From contig CALJOA010000073.1 in assembly GCA_937981585.1 (NCBI GenBank), positions 811 to 64,810 on the forward strand: DNA of 64,000 bases. Direction: 5' to 3'. The notes beneath the pieces are model-generated. The model was not told the DNA's origin. It ran no database searches and saw only the letters and a program-made list of their open reading frames with translations. The stretch is from an uncultured Pirellulaceae bacterium (GTDB lineage: Bacteria > Planctomycetota > Planctomycetia > Pirellulales > Pirellulaceae). Position 1 is the stretch's first letter. Each line of letters opens with the position of its first letter. This document shows positions 23,560 through 34,400 of the stretch, piece after piece. A program made the position numbers and the translations under genes.

Positions 23560-26055
23560 TCAATCGAAAAGAAACGTTTGATTTGCCTGCTTGCTTGCGA
23601 CCGGCGAAATCGTTCCAAGAACTCGGCCAGCCGCTGCCATGCCGCTGAGGAATGCTCCTTCGACACGCGAGCCGCTGGCCCAGTCACCGCAAGCAACCAC
23701 GACTGAAGATTCATCTGTGAAACAACGAGCCTCTATTGGCGCGATCGGAATCGCATACTTCCAGCGGTGAGATTGAAGATGAATATGAGGTTGTGGCGGA
23801 ACCCCGGTAACCCTGAAAAATTCGGCCAGCATTGTTTCAGCGACTTTTGCCGAATCGTACTCCCAGTGCTGGGCAGTCCAATCTGGATTGGCGTGAATGA
23901 CAAAGTGTTCGACATCCTGCTTGCGACCGGGTTTGGTGTTGTTTCGCGATGCCCAGGAAAGAAAACTATCGTGCAAAAAAGCCCCAGCCCACTGATCTGT
24001 GATCGGTTTGTGTTTGTCAAACGCAACCATCGTGGCCCAACACGGATTCATTTTGATCTTGGAAATCGACTGGCCCAAATCGGGAAACTCCTCCAGCAAC
24101 TCGACCGTTTGCTCCGCAGGTGCAGAGACAATCAAGCGGTCAAATTGCCCGAGAGAATTACCGCTTTCGTCGAACAGCTCAATCGCTTGAGCACCTAGCT
24201 GAACGCTGCTTCGGCCAGCAGGGGAGACCTTCGCGACTCGGGTTTGAACTTGGACGTTGATCCCGTGGGCCAAATGTTTCGCGATCGCATTCATCGTTGG
24301 CGCGGCAACGAACCGATCGTTGGAGTTGGACTGCGATTTGATCATGCCGTTCTCCAGAACGACGATTTTCTGATCGGTTCCACGCTTTGGGTCTGGCCAC
24401 TTTGCCACCAGCCCTTGTTCCATCCACGAATCAACGTAACGAATGAATCGCTGATCGCGCGCGGTAAAGTACTGAGCACCATGGTCGAAAGTCATTCCGC
24501 AATCGACGCGCCGAGTCGACATGCGACCGCCGACGCCGCGACCTTTCTCGAAAACGGTGACTTGCAATCCATGGTCTTGCAACGTTCTTGCTGCAAACAG
24601 TCCTGAGATTCCTGCGCCAATCACGGCAACATGTGGAACCGGATCGAACCGCGGGTTAATCACTTTGGCCAAGTACTTCTTCGGCTCAAGCCGACTGGCG
24701 TGTTGCGACGTCGTTCGAGGGCGCACCGTTCCGACAATCTTTTGTTCCGGATCAAACGGACGATCGAACTGACCAAGACACCACAGAATGCCGCCATACG
24801 AAGCCGGATCTCGACCGTCGAGCGCGTAGCGATGATTGAGGTCGATGATGGTATTGAGTGCTTCTCTTGGATCCTGTTTCCAGTTCAAAATCGCTTTCCC
24901 CCACGTCATCCGCACGTTGTTATGCAGTTCGCCGTGCATCAACAGAGATTTCTGGGCTGCGTTCCAAAAATCGTCTTGCGTTTCACCACGTGCCAATTGC
25001 TCCCACGAATAAGTCTGCTCTCGAGGATCGGAGGCATGTAACTCCAACGTTCTCTGGGCCCACTCTGGTAGCGCTGACCATTGGTTGTGATCCTCGCGAT
25101 AGAAGCAAAAAGCATACGCCAACTCTCGCCAAATCAAGAGCTCGTCCAGATACTTTTGTGCTCCGGCGTTCTCGATCCGTGCGGCTTCGCGGGCAATCCG
25201 AAACGGCGAAACCATGCCGTAGTGCAAATACGGCGACATGCGACTGACCCCATCGAGCAGCGCGTCGTTCCGTTGTTTCGCGTATCGGCTTAGCCGCGTT
25301 TCTTTGAATGTGTTCCAGCGTTGATAGCCTGCCGCGCTGCCGCCGGTGGTATCGACGACCGGCCCAACCGCATGGTCAATTTCACATCTCGCGACCAATT
25401 CTGAAAGCTCAACGGATTGCAAATCAAGCGGCTTAAACGGCAAACCTTCAACGGCAAAAGCTTTGGAATCTACGTCGAGCTCCGGCCAAAACCGTGTTAG
25501 ACGCTCTTCGTATATCTGCTTGGTCGCCGAACGAAACTTGAAGGCCCGCGTGTAAGGCTTCTTCAATAACGCCATTGGGGCAACACAAGCGGTGTCGACA
25601 CAAAGAACCTGAGTTTTAGTTTGCCGCTGCAACGCATTCAAAAATCTTCGTGGCGGGTCGACTGGCATGTCTTCGGTGACAACAATGCTGGCCATATTTG
25701 CCAGCGTAACCAAGTGCGGCCGTCGATCCTCCCGAGTTGCCAGATGAAACGCGTAGCTCAATCCAGCTTTCGCAAACTGTCGTTGCACATCACGAGCCCC
25801 TTGCAACATGAAAGTGTGATGCCGATCCGATGCGTACTGGTAGTGCTCAGAGATCGCGTGATAGACCAGCAACGGCAAACACAGTTGATCAGCAATGAGT
25901 CTTGCCAGATCCAACGCCGGATTCTCTTTGCTTCGAACCGCCGTTGCCATCCAATACAACACGAACTGGCCATTTTGCATTTTCTCGTCAAACTCGTTTC
26001 CACCGGCGACTCGAGTACGATCTGCAAGATGTTGGGGCAGTGAATCTATCATCAA
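23560..26055 (-). CDS. class II photolyase-like protein fused to renalase-like FAD-dependent oxidoreductase
   Basis: VLYWM..R..NPAL, SRMSPYLHYG, LHNNVRMTWGK, YALDGRDP..YGGILWCLG; then GAGISG, EKGRGVGGRMSTRR, FDHGAQYFT, CGDW...VEGAFLSG. Confidence 0.88.
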   Translation of the reverse strand: MMIDSLPQHLADRTRVAGGNEFDEKMQNGQFVLYWMATAVRSKENPALDLARLIADQLCLPLLVYHAISEHYQYASDRHHTFMLQGARDVQRQFAKAGLSYAFHLATREDRRPHLVTLANMASIVVTEDMPVDPPRRFLNALQRQTKTQVLCVDTACVAPMALLKKPYTRAFKFRSATKQIYEERLTRFWPELDVDSKAFAVEGLPFKPLDLQSVELSELVARCEIDHAVGPVVDTTGGSAAGYQRWNTFKETRLSRYAKQRNDALLDGVSRMSPYLHYGMVSPFRIAREAARIENAGAQKYLDELLIWRELAYAFCFYREDHNQWSALPEWAQRTLELHASDPREQTYSWEQLARGETQDDFWNAAQKSLLMHGELHNNVRMTWGKAILNWKQDPREALNTIIDLNHRYALDGRDPASYGGILWCLGQFDRPFDPEQKIVGTVRPRTTSQHASRLEPKKYLAKVINPRFDPVPHVAVIGAGISGLFAARTLQDHGLQVTVFEKGRGVGGRMSTRRVDCGMTFDHGAQYFTARDQRFIRYVDSWMEQGLVAKWPDPKRGTDQKIVVLENGMIKSQSNSNDRFVAAPTMNAIAKHLAHGINVQVQTRVAKVSPAGRSSVQLGAQAIELFDESGNSLGQFDRLIVSAPAEQTVELLEEFPDLGQSISKIKMNPCWATMVAFDKHKPITDQWAGAFLHDSFLSWASRNNTKPGRKQDVEHFVIHANPDWTAQHWEYDSAKVAETMLAEFFRVTGVPPQPHIHLQSHRWKYAIPIAPIEARCFTDESSVVVACGDWASGSRVEGAFLSGMAAAGRVLGTISPVASKQANQTFLFD

Positions 26056-26128
26056 TTTATTTCTTCAGAACGCGTTTTAGCTACTCGATTGAGCACAAGA
26101 ATGTACGTTGATTTCATTATTCCGTGCC

Positions 26129-26215
26129 AATACCAGCCCGAAGAATACCAGCCCGAAGCGCCAGCTAGGGAGCGTCTACAGGAGGAACCCTAGCTCATGC
26201 TCTCGCCGGGCTGCA
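26129..26215. repeat. REP-like element with 15-bp tandem duplication
   Basis: AATACCAGCCCGAAG twice, followed by imperfect inverted arm ...CCCTAGCT...CGGGCTG. Confidence 0.55.
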
Positions 26216-26267
26216 CTACTTAATTTAGACATTGTCAGAACATCAACCAACGTTTTACCAACAACGA

Positions 26268-26717
26268 CTACTGCCACGGCTGAACAACGCTCCATTTGTT
26301 GATCCACTTGACGACCTGTGGATCAACGGGCTGATCATCAGATGTTGCACCCTGACAAACTTCGGCAGCTGTCAACCATTGGCGGGTAGCGGATGCCGTT
26401 TGCAAACCCGGCATGGCTCGCTGATAAATGTGAACGTTGTAGAAAGCTACCGCAACGTGCTGATGCGATCCATCAGGCCGAGTTTCAACGTACTCCATTG
26501 AAAGCTGAGCCATGCTGGAAACGATAAAATCTGACTTCCTGTCGAGGTCAAGTTGCCACGCGACTTCACGAGTGACAGACTCCCGAAAGCTCTCTTGGTT
26601 AAGCCGGTCCGCGACAACAAATTCCCAACAGTCGCTGCCGGCTTTTCTACTTAACAAGAAGTGATAGTTGCCTTCGATTTTCTTGACCAAAGCTACGGAT
26701 CGAAAGATTTTGTCCAT
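26268..26717 (-). CDS. NUDIX-fold protein with degenerate Nudix box
   Basis: FLLSRK...WEF...ESFRESVTREVAWQL resembles the Nudix box but lacks the EE pair; ATG 26717. Confidence 0.6.
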   Translation of the reverse strand: MDKIFRSVALVKKIEGNYHFLLSRKAGSDCWEFVVADRLNQESFRESVTREVAWQLDLDRKSDFIVSSMAQLSMEYVETRPDGSHQHVAVAFYNVHIYQRAMPGLQTASATRQWLTAAEVCQGATSDDQPVDPQVVKWINKWSVVQPWQ

Positions 26718-26769
26718 GCCTAAAGTTTCCAGCTCACCCATCGCGAAGCATGAGAATCTGCGAGACCAA

Positions 26770-27018
26770 TTATCCGCGTTGGCTTTTGCAGCGAAAACGG
26801 CCGACAGAAAAAGACCGCTTCGCAAGGTGCTTGGTGTTGCGCCCCGTAGTTCGCTTTCGCCACAGCCGAAATGATGACGCCTTCAAATTCTTGCGCATTA
26901 GCTTGATGACTTGTCCAGGCTCAAGGCCGAACTGTTCACGAATCGCTTCGAAAGTCGTGCGGTCTTCCCAAGCCATTTGAATAACTCGATCGGTTTGAGC
27001 GTCGGTTAGATTTAGCAT
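26770..27018 (-). CDS. TIGR03643/DUF2805 family protein
   Basis: DRVIQMAWEDRTTFEAI..QFGL...VIKLMR..LK.SSFRLWRKR..GR.TKH signature. Confidence 0.88.
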   Translation of the reverse strand: MLNLTDAQTDRVIQMAWEDRTTFEAIREQFGLEPGQVIKLMRKNLKASSFRLWRKRTTGRNTKHLAKRSFSVGRFRCKSQRG

Positions 27019-27543
27019 GTCTCAAGCTTCAAACTTTGGTTGACTCTTTGCACGTTCATCGCAGGGCCAATTCCTACGCCTGCGACAACGCTCACTACAG
27101 TGCTTGACTTCATCCCAAACTTTGGACCAACGCTTCCGCCAAGTCATTGGTCTACCGCAGGTCTTGCAGGTTTTCCGAGGAAGGTCTTCTTTTCTCATTG
27201 CTCTCTGATGAATCTGAGGATCTAGATCGGATTTTCAGCGGCCATCAAGGTTTAGGAAAAAACTTGTCAGCACGGGTTCAGGGACCCTTGGGAAAACCGC
27301 AACCTTCGGGTTTTGATAACGCGAAATGGCCTAAAATACGGCTTCACAAACTAGCTGTTCCGTTGCCGAGAACGTTTTTCTTCGGTTCCTCCAATGCAAC
27401 TAAAGCACGCTCGGCGCTATTGTGTCGGCGACAAGAACGAAGCCGACTTCATGATTGCGATGGTCGAGACACCATTTTCACTTCAATCAGAACGGTGGCT
27501 TGGCGTTGCCCAACAGAACCATTTTTAGCTCAAAGGTATAACC

Positions 27544-27699
27544 ATGTTTGGCATGAAATCAAAAAAAGAAAAGCTTGAAGCAAAGTTGGCAAAGCTTCTC
27601 GAGGAAGCTTATAAACTGTCGCACACTAATCGTACCAAGAGCGATCAAAAGACGTTTGAAGCAGAAGAACTGAGAAAGAAAATTGATGCGATGGATTGA
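27544..27699 (+). CDS. Lacal_2735-like small protein (51 aa; absent from ORF track)
   Basis: Manual translation MFGMKSKKEKLEAKLAKLLEEAYKLSHTNRTKSDQKTFEAEELRKKIDAMD; LLEEA..LS..NR..SD pattern; usual neighbour of TIGR03643. Confidence 0.75.
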   Translation: MFGMKSKKEKLEAKLAKLLEEAYKLSHTNRTKSDQKTFEAEELRKKIDAMD

Positions 27700-29225
27700 A
27701 ACAATTCCATCTTCAAGATCTCGCGGAAAACCTCGTTCAAGCAATCCGCAAAATTCAGCAAAGGCAATCTAAATTGGAGAATGACAAATCGCTGCGGATT
27801 TTGCTGACCGGAGCAACCGGTTACGTGGGTGGACGCCTACTGCCTCTGCTTTTGGAGAGGGGTCATCGTGTCAGGTGCCTGGTTCGAAGGTCATCCAGTA
27901 AGAGAAGTCTCGGCGGTGAAGGGGTTGACGTCGCGGTAGGCAATGCGCTGGACATTGGATCACTCAATCAGGCGCTTGTTGGAATCGAGACAGCCTACTA
28001 CTTGATCCACTCGATGGCTGACAATGAAGACTTCGAACAAACCGATCGCCGTGCTGCAGAGAACTTTGCAAAAGCCTGCACCGAGCAGAACGTTAAGCGG
28101 ATTGTCTACCTCGGCGGACTTGGCGACCCTTCGGATGATTTGTCCAAGCACTTACGAAGTCGTCAAGAGATCGGAGACATCCTACGTACATCGACAGCGT
28201 CGGTAACAGAGTTTCAGGCTTCGATCATCATCGGCTCGGGAAGCCTTTCATTCGAAATGATCCGGGCTCTGGTTGAACGGTTACCGCTGATGATTTGCCC
28301 AAAGTGGGTACGAGTGTTGGCTCAACCCATTTCAATCGAGGACATGCTTGGCTACTTGGTCGAAGTCCTTGAACACCCCGTGGGTCAATCGGAACTTTAT
28401 GAGATCGGCGGGCCTGAGCAAGTCTCGTACGGTCAAATCATGCAGCGATATGCGAAACAACGAAACCTTCGCCGATTCATGATTCCAGTGCCTTTGCTCA
28501 CCCCTTACCTTTCAAGTCTTTGGCTTGGCCTGGTCACGCCACTCTACTCTCGCGTGGGCCGCAAGCTTGTGGACAGCCTGCGAAACCCAACGTTAGTTGG
28601 CAACAAGAAGGCTCAAGATTCGTTTTCAATTGTCCCCCGGACCGTCGATCAAGCGATCGCAAGAGCACTCGTTCACGAGGACAACGAATTTGCGCAAACC
28701 CGATGGTCAGATGCATTTTCCGCAGGCAGCGAAGAAAAAAGCTGGGGGGGTGTCCGGTTTGGGTCTCGGCTTGTTGACTCTCGCACTCGCACGGTCAACT
28801 TGCCTGCCGAGCAAGCGTTTGCGCCGATTCGGCGGATCGGTGGCCAGACGGGCTGGTACTACGGAAATTGGCTTTGGAAGGTTCGCGGTTTTCTAGATTT
28901 GCTAGTCGGCGGAGTAGGGGTCCGTCGAGGCAGGCGCGATCCGAACTACGTTCGAGCAGGTGACACCGTTGATTTTTGGCGAGTTGAACAAATCGTCGAG
29001 AACAAGATTTTGCGTTTGGCGGCCGAAATGAAAGTCCCCGGCCGAGCTTGGCTTGAGTTCGAAGTAACGGAGATTGATGGCGTCAGCACCGTACGCCAAA
29101 CTGCCATTTTTGACCCAGTCGGTTTGTTCGGCATCGTCTATTGGTATTCGCTTTTTCCGCTTCACGAATTCGTATTTAGCGGAATGCTACGCAACATTTG
29201 CAAAACCGCCCAGAAGGCCTCGTAA
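27696..29225 (+). CDS. YbjT-like extended SDR oxidoreductase with DUF2867 domain
   Basis: GATGYVG Rossmann motif, YYLIHSM, HLRSR, GSGSLSFEM; C-terminal GG..GWYY, DFWRV, LRLAAEMKVPGRAWLEF. Start may be TTG 27774. Confidence 0.88.
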   Translation: MKQFHLQDLAENLVQAIRKIQQRQSKLENDKSLRILLTGATGYVGGRLLPLLLERGHRVRCLVRRSSSKRSLGGEGVDVAVGNALDIGSLNQALVGIETAYYLIHSMADNEDFEQTDRRAAENFAKACTEQNVKRIVYLGGLGDPSDDLSKHLRSRQEIGDILRTSTASVTEFQASIIIGSGSLSFEMIRALVERLPLMICPKWVRVLAQPISIEDMLGYLVEVLEHPVGQSELYEIGGPEQVSYGQIMQRYAKQRNLRRFMIPVPLLTPYLSSLWLGLVTPLYSRVGRKLVDSLRNPTLVGNKKAQDSFSIVPRTVDQAIARALVHEDNEFAQTRWSDAFSAGSEEKSWGGVRFGSRLVDSRTRTVNLPAEQAFAPIRRIGGQTGWYYGNWLWKVRGFLDLLVGGVGVRRGRRDPNYVRAGDTVDFWRVEQIVENKILRLAAEMKVPGRAWLEFEVTEIDGVSTVRQTAIFDPVGLFGIVYWYSLFPLHEFVFSGMLRNICKTAQKAS

Positions 29226-29506
29226 TTCAATGCCTACAGAATTGAGGTTACGCCTCCGCCCGGAGGTTGATTCGAAGATCATCCATTCGCTCCTTCGCTC
29301 CGGTGTAGCCCGGCTCTTTTGGAGCCTCGGCCATTCCGGCTCTTTTGAAGCTTCTTTCCCCGCTCGCCGCTGTCCCCGCTGGTTCCTCAACGCTTCAAGA
29401 GATTACCAATGTTTTGAAAGCACGAGCCTTGATCCGGTGCTGTTGTCACCGCAAGCGGCGCAAATCAGTTATTTGTCGTTCAACTTGACGCGGTTAGAAT
29501 AGAAGC

Positions 29507-30118
29507 ATGTCACCTGAAGAGTACAATTCGTTAGCTACCCAGCAGCAGTCGTCTGTTTTTGACAGGATGTTTTGTGCCGTGGAAAAAGTTCGCGAAAGAC
29601 TGGAACGATCCTGCAAAGCGCTCGCAAATGCTGGCGTGCCATACGCGGTGATCGGTGGCAATGCGGTTGCGGCCTGGGTAGCAACGATTGATGACGGAGC
29701 CGTTCGCAACACGCGCGATGTCGATTTGCTTTTACGAGAAGAAGATCTTGATGCAGCAACGGTAGCATTGCAGGCGGTCGGTTTCGTTCGTGGCAAAGTG
29801 ATGGATGTCGTTGTGTTTCTTGATGGAGATGATGGAAAGCCCTCGCAAGGCATCCATATCTTGATCGCTGGCAGGAAAGTCAAAGAGAGCTATGTCTCCG
29901 CAACTCCGGTTCCAGAACAAGCGATTGATATCGACGGCAAGCGAATTGTTGACCTTGTTGAATTGGTGCGGATGAAGCTTAATAGCTTTCGCGACAAAGA
30001 CAGAACTCACTTGCGTGACATGATTCAGGTTGGCCTCATTGACGAAAGTTGGCCAATTAAATTTGAGCCCGAACTGGGCGAGCGATTGCAGGAACTGCTT
30101 GACGATCCAGACGGTTGA
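29507..30118 (+). CDS. nucleotidyltransferase-fold protein (AbiEii/DUF6036-like)
   Basis: YAVIGGNAV, RNTRDVDLL (GG...DxD), C-terminal MKL..FRDKD. Confidence 0.7.
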   Translation: MSPEEYNSLATQQQSSVFDRMFCAVEKVRERLERSCKALANAGVPYAVIGGNAVAAWVATIDDGAVRNTRDVDLLLREEDLDAATVALQAVGFVRGKVMDVVVFLDGDDGKPSQGIHILIAGRKVKESYVSATPVPEQAIDIDGKRIVDLVELVRMKLNSFRDKDRTHLRDMIQVGLIDESWPIKFEPELGERLQELLDDPDG

Positions 30119-30149
30119 TGGAATGCACACGCTTGCCGCTTGGCCGGAT

Positions 30150-31307
30150 TTACAAGCCCTTGAAAATCCTGTTCACAAATGACTGCAGAATTTTCTCTTG
30201 TTCAAGCCGGCAGTTTTCAATCCTGCAATGCTCAAATGCCGACTTTTCCTCGTTGGCCAAATTGGTTGGTGTTGTTGCGGAGTTGCCGTTGCCTTCGACG
30301 CACCAGCGACGATGGGCGTCAATTGTCTGCAGATCCATCATGATGCTTTCGACGTGCGGAAAGATGTTGCGAAGACGCGAAAGAATCAGAAACCCGTCGA
30401 CGTCATTGTCGCCCCAGTAGACGATTCGATTTCCATTGAGCCATTTGATGCCCTCCAGTCGGTTGACGGCGTTACCCGCACCCTCAATGCCAATCCCGCG
30501 CGAAAAATCGGGAAGCGTCAAAAGGTTCAATCTGTTCTCCACGACAAAAATGGTCGCGTTGGTGACGCCTAGCCGGGTCAGGCTTCGAATCGGCAAAGAC
30601 ATTTCGTCGTGAGACAGACCAACTTCCCTCATCAATGCTTCATCCAGAAAACGAATGCCGCGATGCGTTTGGAGATCTCGCAACCCGAACCGATGCGCAA
30701 ACTTTGATTCGCTCGGGTCAATCGCCGTGTCTGGCAGAAGTAGATCCAGCCATTGTTTAAGCACACGCGAATTGCGACTAATGAATTTTGTATCGACTTC
30801 AACAGGGATCTGCCGGGCATAACAATCTGGCCATGGATTTTGCAGAAAGAAGTTGGTTACCGCCAAGAGTCCATCCAGCGACTCGTGAAAGTTGTGCAGT
30901 GACTTCACGTTCCGTTTCACCCACTCGTCAAGCGATGGATACTGGCTCCGTAAGCGCTCGGCGACATTTCGGGTCATCTCGAATTGAGTCTTGACGTCTG
31001 CCAGTCGAACCAGATCATCCAACGATTCAATCCAAATGGATTCGGGAATCAGGTTTTTGCCAAAGTCCCGTGACCGCGTTTCAGTGCGGTGAACCGAGTA
31101 GCCCCAGCCACGGTTTGATTTGGACTTGTTCATCAAAGTCTCAATTGCGGCGATCGAAGCCGTCGGATTACCTGGATCAAGTCTCAGATTTGCTCGCACG
31201 CGATAAGGAAAAAAGCCTGCGTCTTCTCCGGTGACCCACTGGCCAAGGAATTTGGCGTAAGCGTTTTTCGCTTTTCTCGAAATGTCTGCCGGAGTGATGA
31301 ACGTCAT
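30150..31307 (-). CDS. jetD: Wadjet JetD Toprim nuclease (DUF3322+DUF2220)
   Basis: RQIPVEVDTKF, VVEN (catalytic E), YWGDNDVDGF (DxD), RLEQE. Confidence 0.9.
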   Translation of the reverse strand: MTFITPADISRKAKNAYAKFLGQWVTGEDAGFFPYRVRANLRLDPGNPTASIAAIETLMNKSKSNRGWGYSVHRTETRSRDFGKNLIPESIWIESLDDLVRLADVKTQFEMTRNVAERLRSQYPSLDEWVKRNVKSLHNFHESLDGLLAVTNFFLQNPWPDCYARQIPVEVDTKFISRNSRVLKQWLDLLLPDTAIDPSESKFAHRFGLRDLQTHRGIRFLDEALMREVGLSHDEMSLPIRSLTRLGVTNATIFVVENRLNLLTLPDFSRGIGIEGAGNAVNRLEGIKWLNGNRIVYWGDNDVDGFLILSRLRNIFPHVESIMMDLQTIDAHRRWCVEGNGNSATTPTNLANEEKSAFEHCRIENCRLEQEKILQSFVNRIFKGL

Positions 31308-31351
31308 TTATGACATCGTTCCTGTCTAGTGGTTCTTCAGAGTTGATTGAC

Positions 31352-31409
31352 GGGTGCCATGCTTACGCGAAGCTTAAGCATGCTCATGCTGCGCGTGAAC
31401 ATGGCACCC
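31352..31409. repeat. REP-like inverted repeat within the Wadjet operon
   Basis: GGGTGCCATGCTTACGCG ... CGCGTGAACATGGCACCC between jetC and jetD. Confidence 0.7.
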
Positions 31410-31451
31410 ATAACTTGGAAAACGACTATTCTTTTCAGCTCTGTCGGACCA

Positions 31452-34400
31452 TTAGTTCATTCCGGGCAGATTTTTGATGACTTCTTCGTACTCTCGCGCG
31501 GTCATGCTGTACAACTGCGATTTGTGGGATTCAGCGTCCTTGACGACATGCAGAAACCGGTCGACGAACGGTTCCGTGATCCGAGCTTTAGCATCCAACG
31601 GCGCGACGATCAGAAGTTGCAGTCCGAATTGCCGGAATAACTCCAGCGCGAAAGTTGCATTCTGGTCGTCAACTTTGGAGAACATTTCATCGACCACCAC
31701 GAACTGAAACCTGCCCGGCGTTTCGCCTGATGGGTCGATGTCGAACTGATACGAAATAGCCGCGACAAGGATCGTAAACGCCAGTTTCGCTTTCTCACCA
31801 CCCGACTTGCTGGCTCCACCTTCGTAGACGCTGAGCGTTTCCTTTGTCTCGCGATTTATCTCCAGCGCCGCAAAGTTGTACCAGTTGCGCACGTCGATAA
31901 CTTTGTTTCGCCAGTTGGTTTTCTCCTTGTCGCCGAGTTTTTCAACCAAAGATTTGATACGCAGAAACCTCGCCTCGTTCGCTTCCTTGGAAGACTCCAG
32001 TGACTCGTCCATACACTCGCGCAGCGAACGGCGAAACAATTCAATCTCACCATCGTTGATCCTGCGAGGATCGAGCTGCATGAATGTGCCGCGCAGGCGA
32101 TCATACTCGACGTCCGCCAAGGCATCATTGAGTTGGTCAATTTTCTCTTCGATCTCCTGGCACTCCAATCGAAGCGACGTGTTGAACTGAGCAATTTCAG
32201 AAGTCACCTGATCGTTGAGCCGCTCCTCAAATCGCTTTAGATATTGAGGCAGGTCTTCCCTTTCCAGTTGCTGAAGCAAGGCAATAAAACTGTCCGTGGC
32301 TGCAAGTGAAGCCGAAAGATCATCGGCCTCGTCAGGAAACTGGCGAAGAAATTTGTTTTGCGCTTCGAGCAGCTTTTCCGTCAGCCGTTCGAGCGGTTCG
32401 CGAATCTCCGAAAGTTGTTTTTTGGTCGAAGCTTCCCACGTCTGTTTGCGCTGGGTGAAGTCAATCATCGACGGTGCGGGCTCGCCTTGGGTGTCGCGAA
32501 TGGCTGCGAAGACGGTCGAAAGTTGACCGTGTGTGCCGTTCTTGATTGCCGATTCGATTTTGGCTTTTTCTACATCCAGATTTTGCTGCCAGCCGTCAAT
32601 CTCTTTCTTTAACTCGCCTCGCTGACCAATGGTCGTATCGCGTTTGGTGGAAGTCGAGCCAAGTTCTGACTTTGCCTGAACAAGCCGTCCCTTCAATGCT
32701 TTGACAATATCATTTGACTCTTCGAGCTCGCGTTTTTCTGCTTCCAGTTGCTCAAGATTTTTCTTTCGAGCGTCAGTGTCTATCCAATCGAAGGAACGGA
32801 ATTGGCTTGCCTCTTCACAAGCTCGCGAGATTTCCTGCTCCCCGGCCAGCAGTTGACTGACTTTGGTGACTATTGTTTCCGCATCCGATAATTCGGTTTT
32901 GAGTTGTTCGATGTGAGCCGCAACCCGTTTTCGCTTTTCGGCATTGTCCCAGCCAAGGACAAAATACCGTGGATCTACTGTCCGTCGCCGATCATCTTTT
33001 TTGTGAAGTCGATGGTTGAATTTCACATGACGATTGGCCGTCAATGCCATCTTGGGCGCGTCATTGAATTCGTTGAGGTTGTTGCAGCAAGTAAAGTTGA
33101 ATCGGCGAATGACTTCACCTCGAACCCAAGGCGACAAACCGTGTCGCGGCTTGAAGTTCAATTTGTTCACCAGCGATCGCGGATCCTGTCGGTCACCCGA
33201 CTGTTCCAGCGCCTTGCCGACCTGAATATAGTCGATACGCGAACCTTGGCCGCGATCGTCACGAATGCGGTTGGATTCCAGATAGGCTCTTACTCGTGAG
33301 TAGTACCGCTCCGGAGTCAACAGGCTCAGAGAGAATGAATTCAAAACCATCTCGATGGATGATTCCCACCCGGCTGCATCATTGGAGACTTCGATCAGTT
33401 CGGCAGCGAACGGAAGCTCGGCTTCGTCGATGTTCAAGTCGCCGCAGATTTGCGAACGCATGGCAATGAACTTGGGCGGCAAGTTGGTTCTGCGACTTTG
33501 CAACAATTCCAACTCAGCTTGTTCCCCGTGCAATTCGGACTTGATTCGCGACTGGTCACCAATCGCAGCCGCTTGTCTTTCAAACAGCTCCGCAATCGCA
33601 GTGGTGGAGCGCTGGCGAATTTCCATCAATTGGTTTTGGCACTGCTCTAGCGATTCCGCCGATTTGATCTCGGTCTGCAGATGGCACTTCGATAACAGGT
33701 TTTCAAACAAATGCCGCTTTTCGTTGGCACTTTGTAAACGCAGTTTTTCATTTTCAATCAACTGTGGAAGCTGCTTAAGCCGATCACCGCCGGCTTGGTC
33801 GATTTCGTTTTGTAGTTGCCGTGCCGTATCACCAAGCTGCTCCAGTCGCATGCCCAATTGCTCAATCTCTTCCGACATTTGGGCGAGCCTGACACGTTGA
33901 CTTTCCAGTTCCGGCTCAAAAATGGAAACAAATTGATCGGCGAAGAAAAGATCCGCTGCCTTCAAGCGAAGCTCGAGGTCACGAAGCGTGGCGACTTTCT
34001 GGCGGTGTTCTTCACCAGTCGAGCGTACCGGTTTGAGCAAGTCAATTTGCTTGCGAGCCCGTTCCAATTGCTGATGTGCTTGGCTCAAGTCATTGAAGTG
34101 CGTCAGCAGCGACTGAACTTTCTCGCGCCAATTGGTGGCTTCGAGCATGTGGTCGCGGACGAATCGGGTCAGGCTGTCGATGTTCTTGACCGCAACCGTC
34201 TGGTTGAACATGTCGATCGCCTTGCTTTGCATCCCTGTGCGCTTTGCAATCCAGCCAAGGTACTCGGTTGGTTTCTTCGTCGTTTGAAAACCAAGCGACT
34301 TCAGGTGTTTTCGGATCTCATCGGACTTGTTCAGCCCGTTTAGACTCTTTGAAAGCTCGCAACCTCCATCAAAGATCGCGTAAACGCGGTCGTCCGAATC

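Noticed and set aside
27040-27578. ORFs in the gap between TIGR03643 and the Lacal_2735-like gene
   Set aside because: No protein-like motifs; more likely a divergent promoter region.
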